A DNA stretch of 64,000 nucleotides, taken from Escherichia coli (lineage in GTDB: Bacteria > Pseudomonadota > Gammaproteobacteria > Enterobacterales > Enterobacteriaceae). The notes under the pieces are model-generated. The model saw only the letters and a list, made by a program, of their open reading frames with translations, was not told where the DNA came from and searched no databases. Below, piece after piece: positions 40,286 through 51,095 of this stretch (positions within the stretch are counted from its first letter, which is position 1; each line of letters starts with the position of its first letter). The position numbers were made by a program, and so were the translations under genes. Location: assembly GCF_003334815.1 (NCBI RefSeq), contig NZ_QOWO01000016.1; one strand, given 5' to 3'.

Positions 40286-41518
40286 ATGTCGTCATTTGAT
40301 TACCTGAAAACTGCCATCAAGCAACAGGGCTGCACGCTACAGCAGGTAGCTGATGCCAGCGGTATGACCAAAGGGTATTTAAGCCAGTTACTGAATGCCA
40401 AAATCAAAAGCCCTAGCGCGCAAAAGCTGGAGGCGTTGCACCGTTTTTTGGGGCTTGAATTTCCCCGACAGAAGAAAACGATCGGTGTGGTATTCGGTAA
40501 GTTCTACCCGCTGCATACCGGACATATCTATCTTATCCAGCGCGCCTGTAGCCAGGTTGACGAGCTGCATATCATTATGGGTTTTGACGATACCCGTGAC
40601 CGCGCGTTGTTCGAAGACAGTGCCATGTCGCAGCAGCCGACCGTGCCGGATCGTCTGCGCTGGTTATTGCAAACTTTTAAATATCAGAAAAATATTCGCA
40701 TTCATGCTTTCAACGAAGAGGGCATGGAGCCGTATCCGCACGGCTGGGATGTGTGGAGCAACGGTATCAAAAAGTTTATGGCTGAAAAAGGGATCCAGCC
40801 GGATCTGATCTACACCTCGGAAGAAGCCGATGCGCCACAGTATATGGAACATCTGGGGATCGAGACGGTGCTGGTCGATCCGAAACGTACCTTTATGAGT
40901 ATCAGCGGTGCGCAGATCCGCGAAAACCCGTTCCGCTACTGGGAATATATTCCTACCGAAGTGAAGCCGTTTTTTGTGCGTACCGTGGCGATCCTTGGCG
41001 GCGAGTCGAGCGGTAAATCCACCCTGGTAAACAAACTTGCCAATATCTTCAACACCACCAGTGCGTGGGAATATGGCCGCGATTATGTCTTTTCACACCT
41101 CGGCGGTGATGAGATCGCATTGCAGTATTCCGACTACGATAAAATCGCGTTGGGCCACGCACAATACATTGATTTTGCAGTGAAATACGCCAATAAAGTG
41201 GCGTTTATTGACACCGATTTTGTCACTACCCAGGCGTTCTGCAAAAAGTACGAAGGGCGTGAGCATCCGTTCGTGCAGGCGCTGATTGATGAATACCGTT
41301 TCGATCTGGTGATCCTGCTGGAGAACAACACGCCGTGGGTGGCGGATGGTTTACGCAGCCTCGGCAGTTCGGTGGATCGCAAAGAGTTCCAGAACTTGCT
41401 GGTGGAGATGCTGGAAGAGAACAATATCGAATTCGTGCGGGTTGAAGAGGACGATTACGACAGCCGTTTCCTGCGCTGCGTGGAGCTGGTGCGGGAGATG
41501 ATGGGGGAGCAAGGATAA
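40286..41518 (+). CDS. nadR: NMN adenylyltransferase / ribosylnicotinamide kinase / repressor NadR
   Basis: 410 aa MSSFDYLKTAIKQQGCTLQQVADASGMTKGYLSQ...; GGAGG RBS. Confidence 0.95.
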   Translation: MSSFDYLKTAIKQQGCTLQQVADASGMTKGYLSQLLNAKIKSPSAQKLEALHRFLGLEFPRQKKTIGVVFGKFYPLHTGHIYLIQRACSQVDELHIIMGFDDTRDRALFEDSAMSQQPTVPDRLRWLLQTFKYQKNIRIHAFNEEGMEPYPHGWDVWSNGIKKFMAEKGIQPDLIYTSEEADAPQYMEHLGIETVLVDPKRTFMSISGAQIRENPFRYWEYIPTEVKPFFVRTVAILGGESSGKSTLVNKLANIFNTTSAWEYGRDYVFSHLGGDEIALQYSDYDKIALGHAQYIDFAVKYANKVAFIDTDFVTTQAFCKKYEGREHPFVQALIDEYRFDLVILLENNTPWVADGLRSLGSSVDRKEFQNLLVEMLEENNIEFVRVEEDDYDSRFLRCVELVREMMGEQG

Positions 41519-41551
41519 CCGTGACGAAACTGCTCAAAGGCGAGGTATAAA

Positions 41552-41719
41552 ATGAGTTTTTTTGATGAGTTGAAAACCTCTCTGGAAGAGGCTGTCGAGA
41601 TTAAACAAGGTTTGAAAAAACCTGCACGGGTGACCCGCCACGAAATTGAGGATGCTAAGGCTGTTGTCGACCGGAAAAGGTGTTCACGCCGCATCCGGCA
41701 TTCGGTGCTCAATGCCTGA
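41552..41719 (+). CDS. small ORF (55 aa) with antitoxin-like N-terminus, runs into REP element; possibly truncated gene
   Basis: ATG with GAGG 6 nt upstream; MSFFDELKTSLEEAVEIKQGLKKPARVTRHEIEDAKAVVDR then frame continues into REP-derived sequence. Confidence 0.35.
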   Translation: MSFFDELKTSLEEAVEIKQGLKKPARVTRHEIEDAKAVVDRKRCSRRIRHSVLNA

Positions 41720-41825
41720 TGCGACGCTTACCGCGTCTTATCAGGCCTGGAGATTCACAACGTATTGAAATTTCTTGGTTTGTAGGCCGGATAAGGCGTT
41801 CACGCCGCATCCGGCATTTTACGCA
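41683..41825. repeat. REP elements between nadR and ettA
   Basis: two REP units. Confidence 0.85.
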
Positions 41826-43493
41826 TTACTTCGCAATACGCTTGTACTTGATACGCTTCGGCTCCAGTGCGTCTGCGCCCAGCGTGCGTTTCTTGTACTC
41901 TTCGTACTCAGTAAAGTTACCTTCGAAGAACTCAACTTTACCTTCATCCTGGTAGTCCAGGATGTGCGTGGCGATACGGTCGAGGAACCAACGGTCGTGC
42001 GAGATAACCATCGCACAGCCCGGGAACTCCAGCAGGGCGTTTTCCAGCGCGCGCAGGGTTTCGATATCCAGGTCGTTGGTTGGTTCGTCGAGCAGCAGCA
42101 TGTTGCCGCCAACCTGCAGCAGCTTCGCCAGATGCAGACGACCGCGCTCACCACCGGAAAGTTCGCCAACACGTTTACCCTGATCAACCCCTTTAAAGTT
42201 AAAGCGGCCAACGTAGGCGCGGCTTGGCATCTCGGTGTTGCCGATCTTCATAATATCCAGCCCGCCGGAAACTTCTTCCCAAACGGTTTTGCTGTTATCC
42301 ATTGAGTCACGGAACTGATCAACCGATGCCAGTTTCACCGTTTCACCCAAAGTGATGGTGCCGCTGTCCGGCTGTTCCTGACCGGAGATCATACGGAACA
42401 GGGTCGATTTACCCGCGCCGTTCGGACCGATGATCCCGACGATCGCCCCTTTCGGGATCGAGAAGCTCAGGTCATCAATCAGCAGGCGATCGCCGTAGGA
42501 TTTACGCAGGTTGCTGACTTCCAGCACTTTATCGCCCAGACGCGGTCCAGGTGGAATAAACAGTTCGTTGGTTTCGTTACGTTTCTGATATTCGGTGCTG
42601 TTCAGCTCTTCAAAACGTGCCAGACGTGCTTTACCTTTCGACTGACGGCCTTTAGTACCCTGACGTACCCACTCCAGCTCTTTCTCGATCGACTTACGAC
42701 GCGCCGCTTCTTGTGAAGCTTCCTGCGCCAGACGCTGATCTTTCTGCTCCAGCCAGGAGGAGTAGTTACCTTCCCACGGAATACCTTCACCGCGGTCCAG
42801 TTCGAGGATCCAGCCTGCAACGTTATCGAGGAAGTAACGGTCGTGAGTAATCGCCACCACGGTGCCTTCGAAGTCGTGCAGGAAGCGTTCCAGCCACGCC
42901 ACGGATTCGGCATCCAGGTGGTTGGTCGGTTCGTCGAGCAGCAGCATGTCTGGTTTTTCCAGCAGCAGGCGGCACAACGCCACGCGACGACGCTCACCAC
43001 CGGAGAGGTTAGCGATTTTCGCGTCCCAATCTGGCAGACGCAGCGCATCCGCCGCACGCTCCAGCTGTACGTTCAGGTTATGACCGTCGTGAGCCTGAAT
43101 GATCTCTTCCAGACGGCCTTGTTCAGCGGCCAGCTTGTCAAAATCGGCATCCGGATCGGCGTACAGCGCATACACTTCATCCAGGCGTTTCAGGGCGTTA
43201 ACCACTTCAGAAACCGCTTCTTCAATGGACTCACGCACGGTGTGTTCCGGGTTCAGCTGCGGTTCCTGCGGCAGATAACCAATCTTGATGTCTGGCTGCG
43301 GACGTGCTTCACCTTCGATGTCTTTATCAATGCCCGCCATAATGCGCAGCAGGGTAGACTTACCCGCGCCGTTCAGACCCAGGACACCAATTTTTGCCCC
43401 AGGGAAGAAACTCAGAGAGATGTTTTTCAAAATATGACGTTTCGGCGGAACAACTTTGCCGACACGATGCATGGTATAAACGAATTGAGCCAC
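41826..43493 (-). CDS. ettA: energy-dependent translational throttle protein EttA (ABC-F ATPase)
   Basis: 555 aa MAQFVYTMHRVGKVVPPKRHILKNISLSFFPGAKIGVLGLNGAGKST...; two ABC cassettes. Confidence 0.95.
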   Translation of the reverse strand: MAQFVYTMHRVGKVVPPKRHILKNISLSFFPGAKIGVLGLNGAGKSTLLRIMAGIDKDIEGEARPQPDIKIGYLPQEPQLNPEHTVRESIEEAVSEVVNALKRLDEVYALYADPDADFDKLAAEQGRLEEIIQAHDGHNLNVQLERAADALRLPDWDAKIANLSGGERRRVALCRLLLEKPDMLLLDEPTNHLDAESVAWLERFLHDFEGTVVAITHDRYFLDNVAGWILELDRGEGIPWEGNYSSWLEQKDQRLAQEASQEAARRKSIEKELEWVRQGTKGRQSKGKARLARFEELNSTEYQKRNETNELFIPPGPRLGDKVLEVSNLRKSYGDRLLIDDLSFSIPKGAIVGIIGPNGAGKSTLFRMISGQEQPDSGTITLGETVKLASVDQFRDSMDNSKTVWEEVSGGLDIMKIGNTEMPSRAYVGRFNFKGVDQGKRVGELSGGERGRLHLAKLLQVGGNMLLLDEPTNDLDIETLRALENALLEFPGCAMVISHDRWFLDRIATHILDYQDEGKVEFFEGNFTEYEEYKKRTLGADALEPKRIKYKRIAK

Positions 43494-43703
43494 GTTGGAC
43501 TTCGCCTCTATGTTTATCGTGATGATGAGTTTTCAAAGGCGAAGTGTAGCCTTTTTCCCCGCCTAATCCCAGTTGGTCGATTACCTTCGCAGTAAAAGTA
43601 AAAAAGTGTCCGTAACGTGGCGTAAACGGCAATGACTGGTTAGCATAAATCTATTACGCGGCATGACGCTGCATTGATGTATTTACACTTAGAGGATGCG
43701 CTT

Positions 43704-45641
43704 GTGGAAAAAGCCAAACAAGTTACCTGGCGGCTGTTGGCTGCCGGTGTCTGTCTGCTGACGGTCAGCAGCGTGGCGCGAGCCGACTCACTGGATGAGC
43801 AGCGTAGCCGTTACGCGCAAATCAAGCAGGCCTGGGATAATCGACAGATGGATGTGGTCGAACAAATGATGCCTAGACTGAAGGATTATCCGCTTTATCC
43901 CTACCTGGAATACCGCCAGATCACCGATGATCTGATGAATCAACCGGCGGTGACGGTCACTAACTTTGTTCGCGCTAACCCCACGCTTCCTCCCGCTCGC
44001 ACGCTGCAATCTCGTTTCGTCAATGAACTGGCGCGGCGTGAAGACTGGCGTGGCTTGTTAGCCTTTAGCCCGGAAAAGCCCGGAACTACCGAAGCGCAAT
44101 GTAATTACTACTATGCGAAATGGAACACCGGGCAGAGTGAAGAAGCCTGGCAAGGGGCGAAAGAGCTGTGGCTAACCGGCAAGAGCCAGCCTAACGCCTG
44201 TGACAAGTTATTTAGCGTCTGGCGTGCGTCAGGTAAACAAGATCCGCTGGCGTATTTAGAGCGTATCCGTCTGGCGATGAAAGCGGGTAACACTGGCCTG
44301 GTAACAGTGCTGGCAGGGCAGATGCCTGCCGATTACCAGACTATCGCCTCGGCAATCATTTCACTGGCGAACAACCCTAATACGGTACTGACCTTCGCGC
44401 GTACAACCGGAGCGACCGATTTTACCCGTCAAATGGCAGCGGTGGCGTTTGCCAGTGTGGCGCGGCAGGATGCTGAAAATGCACGGCTGATGATCCCGTC
44501 GCTTGCCCAGGCGCAGCAGCTTAATGAAGATCAGATTCAGGAGCTGCGCGATATCGTCGCCTGGCGTTTGATGGGCAACGATGTCACCGACGAGCAGGCG
44601 AAATGGCGCGATGACGCCATTATGCGCTCGCAATCCACGTCGTTGATTGAACGCCGTGTGCGAATGGCACTTGGCACCGGCGATCGTCGCGGCCTGAATA
44701 CCTGGCTGGCGCGTCTGCCGATGGAAGCAAAAGAGAAAGATGAATGGCGTTACTGGCAGGCGGATTTATTGCTGGAACGCGGACGTGAAGCTGAAGCAAA
44801 AGAGATTTTGCATCAACTCATGCAACAGCGTGGTTTCTACCCGATGGTTGCAGCACAACGCATCGGAGAAGAGTATGAGCTGAAGATTGATAAAGCGCCG
44901 CAGAATGTTGACAGCGCCCTGACTCAGGGGCCGGAGATGGCGCGCGTGCGCGAGTTGATGTACTGGAATCTCGATAACACCGCGCGTAGCGAGTGGGCCA
45001 ATCTGGTGAAGAGCAAGTCAAAAACAGAGCAGGCTCAACTGGCTCGGTATGCTTTCAATAACCAATGGTGGGATCTTAGCGTTCAGGCAACGATCGCCGG
45101 GAAGCTTTGGGATCATCTGGAAGAGCGATTCCCGCTGGCTTACAACGATCTTTTCAAACGTTACACCAGTGGGAAAGAGATCCCGCAAAGCTATGCGATG
45201 GCGATTGCCCGTCAGGAGAGCGCCTGGAATCCGAAAGTGAAATCACCGGTAGGGGCCAGCGGCCTGATGCAGATTATGCCTGGTACAGCGACCCATACGG
45301 TGAAGATGTTCTCTATTCCTAGTTATAGCAGCCCTGGGCAATTGCTGGATCCGGAAACGAACATCAACATTGGCACCAGTTACCTGCAATATGTTTATCA
45401 GCAGTTTGGCAATAACCGTATTTTCTCCTCAGCAGCTTATAACGCCGGACCTGGACGGGTGCGAACCTGGCTTGGCAACAGCGCCGGGCGTATCGACGCT
45501 GTGGCATTTGTCGAGAGTATTCCGTTCTCCGAGACGCGCGGTTATGTGAAGAACGTGCTGGCTTATGACGCTTACTACCGCTATTTCATGGGGGATAAAC
45601 CGACGTTGATGAGCGCCACGGAATGGGGACGTCGTTACTGA
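43704..45641 (+). CDS. slt: soluble lytic murein transglycosylase
   Basis: 645 aa from GTG 43704 (MEKAKQVTWRLLAAGVCLLTVSSVARA signal peptide). Confidence 0.95.
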   Translation: MEKAKQVTWRLLAAGVCLLTVSSVARADSLDEQRSRYAQIKQAWDNRQMDVVEQMMPRLKDYPLYPYLEYRQITDDLMNQPAVTVTNFVRANPTLPPARTLQSRFVNELARREDWRGLLAFSPEKPGTTEAQCNYYYAKWNTGQSEEAWQGAKELWLTGKSQPNACDKLFSVWRASGKQDPLAYLERIRLAMKAGNTGLVTVLAGQMPADYQTIASAIISLANNPNTVLTFARTTGATDFTRQMAAVAFASVARQDAENARLMIPSLAQAQQLNEDQIQELRDIVAWRLMGNDVTDEQAKWRDDAIMRSQSTSLIERRVRMALGTGDRRGLNTWLARLPMEAKEKDEWRYWQADLLLERGREAEAKEILHQLMQQRGFYPMVAAQRIGEEYELKIDKAPQNVDSALTQGPEMARVRELMYWNLDNTARSEWANLVKSKSKTEQAQLARYAFNNQWWDLSVQATIAGKLWDHLEERFPLAYNDLFKRYTSGKEIPQSYAMAIARQESAWNPKVKSPVGASGLMQIMPGTATHTVKMFSIPSYSSPGQLLDPETNINIGTSYLQYVYQQFGNNRIFSSAAYNAGPGRVRTWLGNSAGRIDAVAFVESIPFSETRGYVKNVLAYDAYYRYFMGDKPTLMSATEWGRRY

Positions 45642-45715
45642 TCCGCACGTTTATGATATGCTATCGTACTCTTTAGCGAGTACAACCGGGGGAGGCATTT
45701 TGCTTCCCCCGCTAA

Positions 45716-46057
<342 letters not shown>

Positions 46058-46061
46058 TTTT

Positions 46062-46675
<614 letters not shown>

Positions 46676-46714
46676 TCAGAAAATTAACGTTACAGCAGTA
46701 TACGGAAAAAAAGC

Positions 46715-47362
46715 ATGTTACAGGTATACCTAGTCCGCCACGGTGAAACGCAGTGGAACGCCGAGCGACGTATTCAGGGCCAGTCTGACAGCCCGCTGAC
46801 CGCCAAAGGTGAGCAACAGGCGATGCAGGTGGCAACCCGTGCCAAAGAGCTTGGCATTACGCATATTATCAGTAGCGATTTAGGACGCACCCGGCGTACG
46901 GCGGAAATCATCGCCCAGGCCTGCGGCTGTGACATCATCTTTGATTCTCGCCTGCGTGAATTAAACATGGGTGTGCTGGAAAAAAGACATATCGATTCTC
47001 TGACCGAAGAAGAAGAGAACTGGCGTCGGCAGCTGGTCAATGGCACCGTTGACGGGCGTATTCCTGAAGGCGAGTCAATGCAGGAGCTCAGCGATCGCGT
47101 CAATGCGGCACTGGAATCTTGCCGGGACTTACCGCAGGGAAGCCGACCGCTGCTGGTGAGCCATGGTATTGCACTGGGATGTCTGGTGAGTACGATTCTC
47201 GGATTACCAGCATGGGCAGAGCGCCGCTTACGTCTACGTAACTGTTCTATTTCGCGCGTGGATTATCAGGAAAGCCTGTGGCTGGCGTCTGGCTGGGTCG
47301 TTGAAACCGCAGGGGACATCTCGCATCTGGACGCCCCTGCATTAGATGAGCTGCAGCGTTAA
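46715..47362 (+). CDS. gpmB: probable phosphoglycerate mutase GpmB
   Basis: 215 aa MLQVYLVRHGETQWN... histidine phosphatase RHG motif. Confidence 0.95.
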   Translation: MLQVYLVRHGETQWNAERRIQGQSDSPLTAKGEQQAMQVATRAKELGITHIISSDLGRTRRTAEIIAQACGCDIIFDSRLRELNMGVLEKRHIDSLTEEEENWRRQLVNGTVDGRIPEGESMQELSDRVNAALESCRDLPQGSRPLLVSHGIALGCLVSTILGLPAWAERRLRLRNCSISRVDYQESLWLASGWVVETAGDISHLDAPALDELQR

Positions 47363-48228
47363 CGGCGGATAGGAATCAGCAGTTCACAGCGCAGATTAAT
47401 TGGGCGATCTCCCGCTTTGGCGTCTTCTGCCGGGTAGTATCGCTCAATATCCTGACCTTTACGGCGCGTCAGATTGAGCATTGGCATGCACGTTCCGTAT
47501 ACCGTCAGGATAAACTCCTGCACGCCGGTTCCCAGACCTTCATAGGTAAACATCACATATTCGCCGCCCTGCAGCATCACCGGATGCCCTGTCAGTACAT
47601 AGCCATCTGCCTGATCCTGGGCTAACGCGGTGGTATAGAATACCTCTTGTTCGTCGTCTTTATCCTGACTCGGACGCGTTTCATTCAGGCCGTAGAGCAC
47701 CGGCGGAATGGTCGGCGCGTTGCCGAGAAAATCGTGCCAGAACTGATAACGCATTTCATGGCGGAAATCAGAGATTTGCTCCAGCGAACAGGAGTAGCTC
47801 TGGGTAACACCAATCAGCGGCGTATCTTCCAGGGTGACAAATTTGTGCTCTGGCATTGTGAATTCACCCAGACGTAGCGGCGGGCGAATACCAAAGGCGC
47901 TCCATTCAGGAGAACGGCGGTAAAGTGCAGGAGTCTGGGCAAACTGCTTCTTGAATGCGCGGGTAAATGTCTGTTGAGAGTCGAAGCGGTATTGCAGCGC
48001 GATGTCCAGAATCGGACGCGCAGTCAGGCGTAGTGCGACCGCCGATTTCGACAAACGACGAGCACGAATATACGCGCCAATAGCATGGCCAGTGACATCT
48101 TTAAACATTCTCTGTAAGTGCCACTTGGAATAACCTGCTTTCGCCGCTACATTGTCGAGCGACAGGGGCTGATCCAGATGACCTTCCAGCCAGATTAAAA
48201 GGTCGCGAATAATGCCGGCCTGATCCAT
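47359..48228 (-). CDS. rob: AraC-family right origin-binding protein Rob
   Basis: 289 aa, N-terminal AraC HTH. Confidence 0.95.
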   Translation of the reverse strand: MDQAGIIRDLLIWLEGHLDQPLSLDNVAAKAGYSKWHLQRMFKDVTGHAIGAYIRARRLSKSAVALRLTARPILDIALQYRFDSQQTFTRAFKKQFAQTPALYRRSPEWSAFGIRPPLRLGEFTMPEHKFVTLEDTPLIGVTQSYSCSLEQISDFRHEMRYQFWHDFLGNAPTIPPVLYGLNETRPSQDKDDEQEVFYTTALAQDQADGYVLTGHPVMLQGGEYVMFTYEGLGTGVQEFILTVYGTCMPMLNLTRRKGQDIERYYPAEDAKAGDRPINLRCELLIPIRR

Positions 48229-48438
48229 AAAATATCCTCATCCTTTCAACAACGAGCACCTGACATCAGGTAATTGGATAATAGCATTTTTTGCTGTTTT
48301 AGCATTCAGTGTTTTTTTCTTAGTAGAGTATGTTTTAGGGCTTGACGGAAATAAAAGAATTGAGATTTTGTTCTTAATCAATATGTTATTTACCGTGACG
48401 AACTAATTGCTCGTGTAATAGATAAAAATGGTAACAAT

Positions 48439-48912
48439 ATGAAATACAAGCATTTGATCCTGTCTTTAAGCCTGATAATGCTGGGGCCATTGGCTCATGC
48501 AGAAGAGATTGGTTCGGTCGACACCGTATTTAAAATGATCGGCCCGGATCACAAAATTGTTGTGGAAGCCTTTGACGATCCCGATGTGAAAAATGTCACC
48601 TGTTATGTGAGCCGGGCGAAAACCGGTGGTATTAAAGGGGGATTGGGCCTGGCAGAAGATACCTCCGATGCGGCCATTTCTTGTCAGCAAGTCGGGCCGA
48701 TTGAACTGTCGGATCGTATTAAAAACGGCAAAGCTCAGGGCGAGGTAGTATTCAAAAAACGCACGTCCCTGGTCTTTAAGTCGTTACAGGTCGTGCGCTT
48801 TTATGACGCCAAACGCAACGCGCTCGCTTATCTGGCTTACTCCGACAAAGTTGTAGAAGGTTCGCCGAAAAACGCGATTAGCGCGGTTCCTGTCATGCCG
48901 TGGCGGCAATAA
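48439..48912 (+). CDS. creA: CreA protein
   Basis: 157 aa with signal peptide; first gene of cre cluster. Confidence 0.9.
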
Positions 48913-48924
48913 CAGAGGCGATTT

Positions 48925-49614
48925 ATGCAACGGGAAACGGTCTGGTTAGTGGAAGATGAGCAAGGGATAGCCGACACGCTGGTCTACATGTTGCAGCAGG
49001 AAGGTTTTGCCGTCGAGGTCTTTGAGCGAGGTTTGCCGGTGCTGGATAAAGCTCGCCAGCAGGTTCCCGACGTCATGATTCTCGACGTTGGTTTGCCTGA
49101 TATCAGTGGCTTTGAATTGTGCCGCCAGTTACTGGCGCTCCATCCGGCGTTACCTGTACTGTTCCTGACGGCCCGAAGTGAAGAGGTCGATCGCCTGCTT
49201 GGGCTGGAAATTGGCGCTGACGACTATGTGGCTAAACCGTTTTCACCCCGCGAAGTGTGCGCCAGGGTGCGCACCTTACTGCGTCGGGTGAAGAAGTTCT
49301 CGACGCCGTCTCCCGTCATCCGTATTGGTCATTTTGAATTGAATGAACCCGCGGCGCAGATCAGCTGGTTTGACACGCCATTAACGCTGACGCGGTATGA
49401 GTTTTTATTGCTGAAGACGTTACTCAAGTCGCCAGGCCGCGTCTGGTCCCGCCAGCAACTAATGGATAGCGTGTGGGAAGATGCGCAGGACACCTACGAT
49501 CGCACCGTCGATACCCACATTAAAACGCTGCGTGCCAAGCTGCGCGCCATCAACCCCGATCTTTCACCGATTAATACTCATCGCGGCATGGGATATAGCC
49601 TGAGGGGCTTGTAA
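48925..49614 (+). CDS. creB: two-component response regulator CreB
   Basis: 229 aa, receiver + OmpR-type winged helix. Confidence 0.95.
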   Translation: MQRETVWLVEDEQGIADTLVYMLQQEGFAVEVFERGLPVLDKARQQVPDVMILDVGLPDISGFELCRQLLALHPALPVLFLTARSEEVDRLLGLEIGADDYVAKPFSPREVCARVRTLLRRVKKFSTPSPVIRIGHFELNEPAAQISWFDTPLTLTRYEFLLLKTLLKSPGRVWSRQQLMDSVWEDAQDTYDRTVDTHIKTLRAKLRAINPDLSPINTHRGMGYSLRGL

Positions 49615-51038
49615 TGCATATCGGCATGCGGTTGCTGCTGGGCTATTTTTTACTGGTGGCGGTGGCGGCCTGGTTCGTACTGGCTATTTTTGTCAAAGAA
49701 GTTAAACCGGGCGTGCGAAGAGCAACGGAGGGGACGTTGATCGACACGGCAACGTTACTGGCGGAGCTGGCGCGTCCCGATTTGCTCTCTGGGGACCCAA
49801 CGCATGGGCAACTGGCGCAGGCGTTTAATCAGCTACAACATCGCCCGTTTCGCGCCAATATTGGTGGCATTAACAAAGTGCGCAATGAATATCATGTCTA
49901 TATGACCGATGCGCAGGGCAAAGTATTGTTCGATTCGGCAAATAAAGCCGTTGGACAGGATTATTCGCGCTGGAATGACGTCTGGCTAACGTTGCGTGGT
50001 CAGTATGGTGCGCGTAGCACGTTGCAAAATCCTGCCGATCCCGAAAGTTCGGTGATGTATGTTGCCGCGCCGATTATGGACGGCTCGCGGCTTATTGGCG
50101 TTTTGAGCGTAGGCAAACCGAACGCGGCGATGGCTCCGGTCATTAAACGCAGCGAGCGGCGAATTTTATGGGCCAGCGCCATTTTGTTGGGGATCGCACT
50201 GGTGATTGGCGCAGGCATGGTTTGGTGGATCAACCGCTCCATTGCCCGGCTCACTCGCTATGCTGATTCCGTCACTGACAATAAGCCCGTTCCTCTTCCC
50301 GATCTCGGTAGTAGCGAACTGCGTAAACTCGCGCAGGCGCTGGAAAGTATGCGCGTGAAGCTGGAAGGGAAAAACTATATTGAGCAGTATGTTTATGCGT
50401 TAACCCATGAGCTAAAAAGCCCACTGGCGGCGATTCGTGGCGCGGCGGAAATTTTACGCGAAGGTCCGCCGCCGGAAGTGGTGGCTCGTTTTACCGACAA
50501 CATTCTGACGCAAAATGCGCGAATGCAGGCACTGGTGGAAACGTTACTACGCCAGGCAAGACTGGAGAATCGTCAGGAAGTCGTTTTGACTGCTGTTGAT
50601 GTGGCGGCATTATTCCGCCGCGTCAGCGAAGCGCGCACCGTGCAGTTGGCAGAAAAAAACATCACTCTACATGTTACGCCCACCGAGGTTAATGTTGCTG
50701 CTGAACCGGCGTTACTGGATCAGGCGCTGGGGAATTTACTGGATAACGCCATCGATTTTACCCCCGAGAGCGGTCGTATAACGCTAAGCGCCGAAGTGGA
50801 TCAGGAACACGTCACGCTTAAGGTGCTGGATACCGGTAGTGGTATTCCTGACTACGCGCTGTCACGCATTTTTGAACGCTTTTACTCTTTGCCGCGTGCA
50901 AATGGGCAAAAAAGCAGCGGTCTGGGGTTGGCGTTCGTCAGTGAGGTCGCCCGTTTGTTTAACGGCGAAGTCACGCTGCGCAACGTGCAGGAAGGTGGCG
51001 TGCTGGCCTCGCTACGACTTCACCGTCACTTCACATAG
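49614..51038 (+). CDS. creC: sensor histidine kinase CreC
   Basis: 474 aa, TM segments, H-box, ATPase domain. Confidence 0.95.
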   Translation: MHIGMRLLLGYFLLVAVAAWFVLAIFVKEVKPGVRRATEGTLIDTATLLAELARPDLLSGDPTHGQLAQAFNQLQHRPFRANIGGINKVRNEYHVYMTDAQGKVLFDSANKAVGQDYSRWNDVWLTLRGQYGARSTLQNPADPESSVMYVAAPIMDGSRLIGVLSVGKPNAAMAPVIKRSERRILWASAILLGIALVIGAGMVWWINRSIARLTRYADSVTDNKPVPLPDLGSSELRKLAQALESMRVKLEGKNYIEQYVYALTHELKSPLAAIRGAAEILREGPPPEVVARFTDNILTQNARMQALVETLLRQARLENRQEVVLTAVDVAALFRRVSEARTVQLAEKNITLHVTPTEVNVAAEPALLDQALGNLLDNAIDFTPESGRITLSAEVDQEHVTLKVLDTGSGIPDYALSRIFERFYSLPRANGQKSSGLGLAFVSEVARLFNGEVTLRNVQEGGVLASLRLHRHFT

Positions 51039-51095
51039 CTTCAAATTCTTCCCACATAGCCTTCGTATCCTGCTGCCATTGCAAAGGAGAAGACT

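Noticed and set aside
42843-43595. 250-aa plus-strand ORF
   Set aside because: Lies within and antisense to ettA, which is the real gene on the minus strand.
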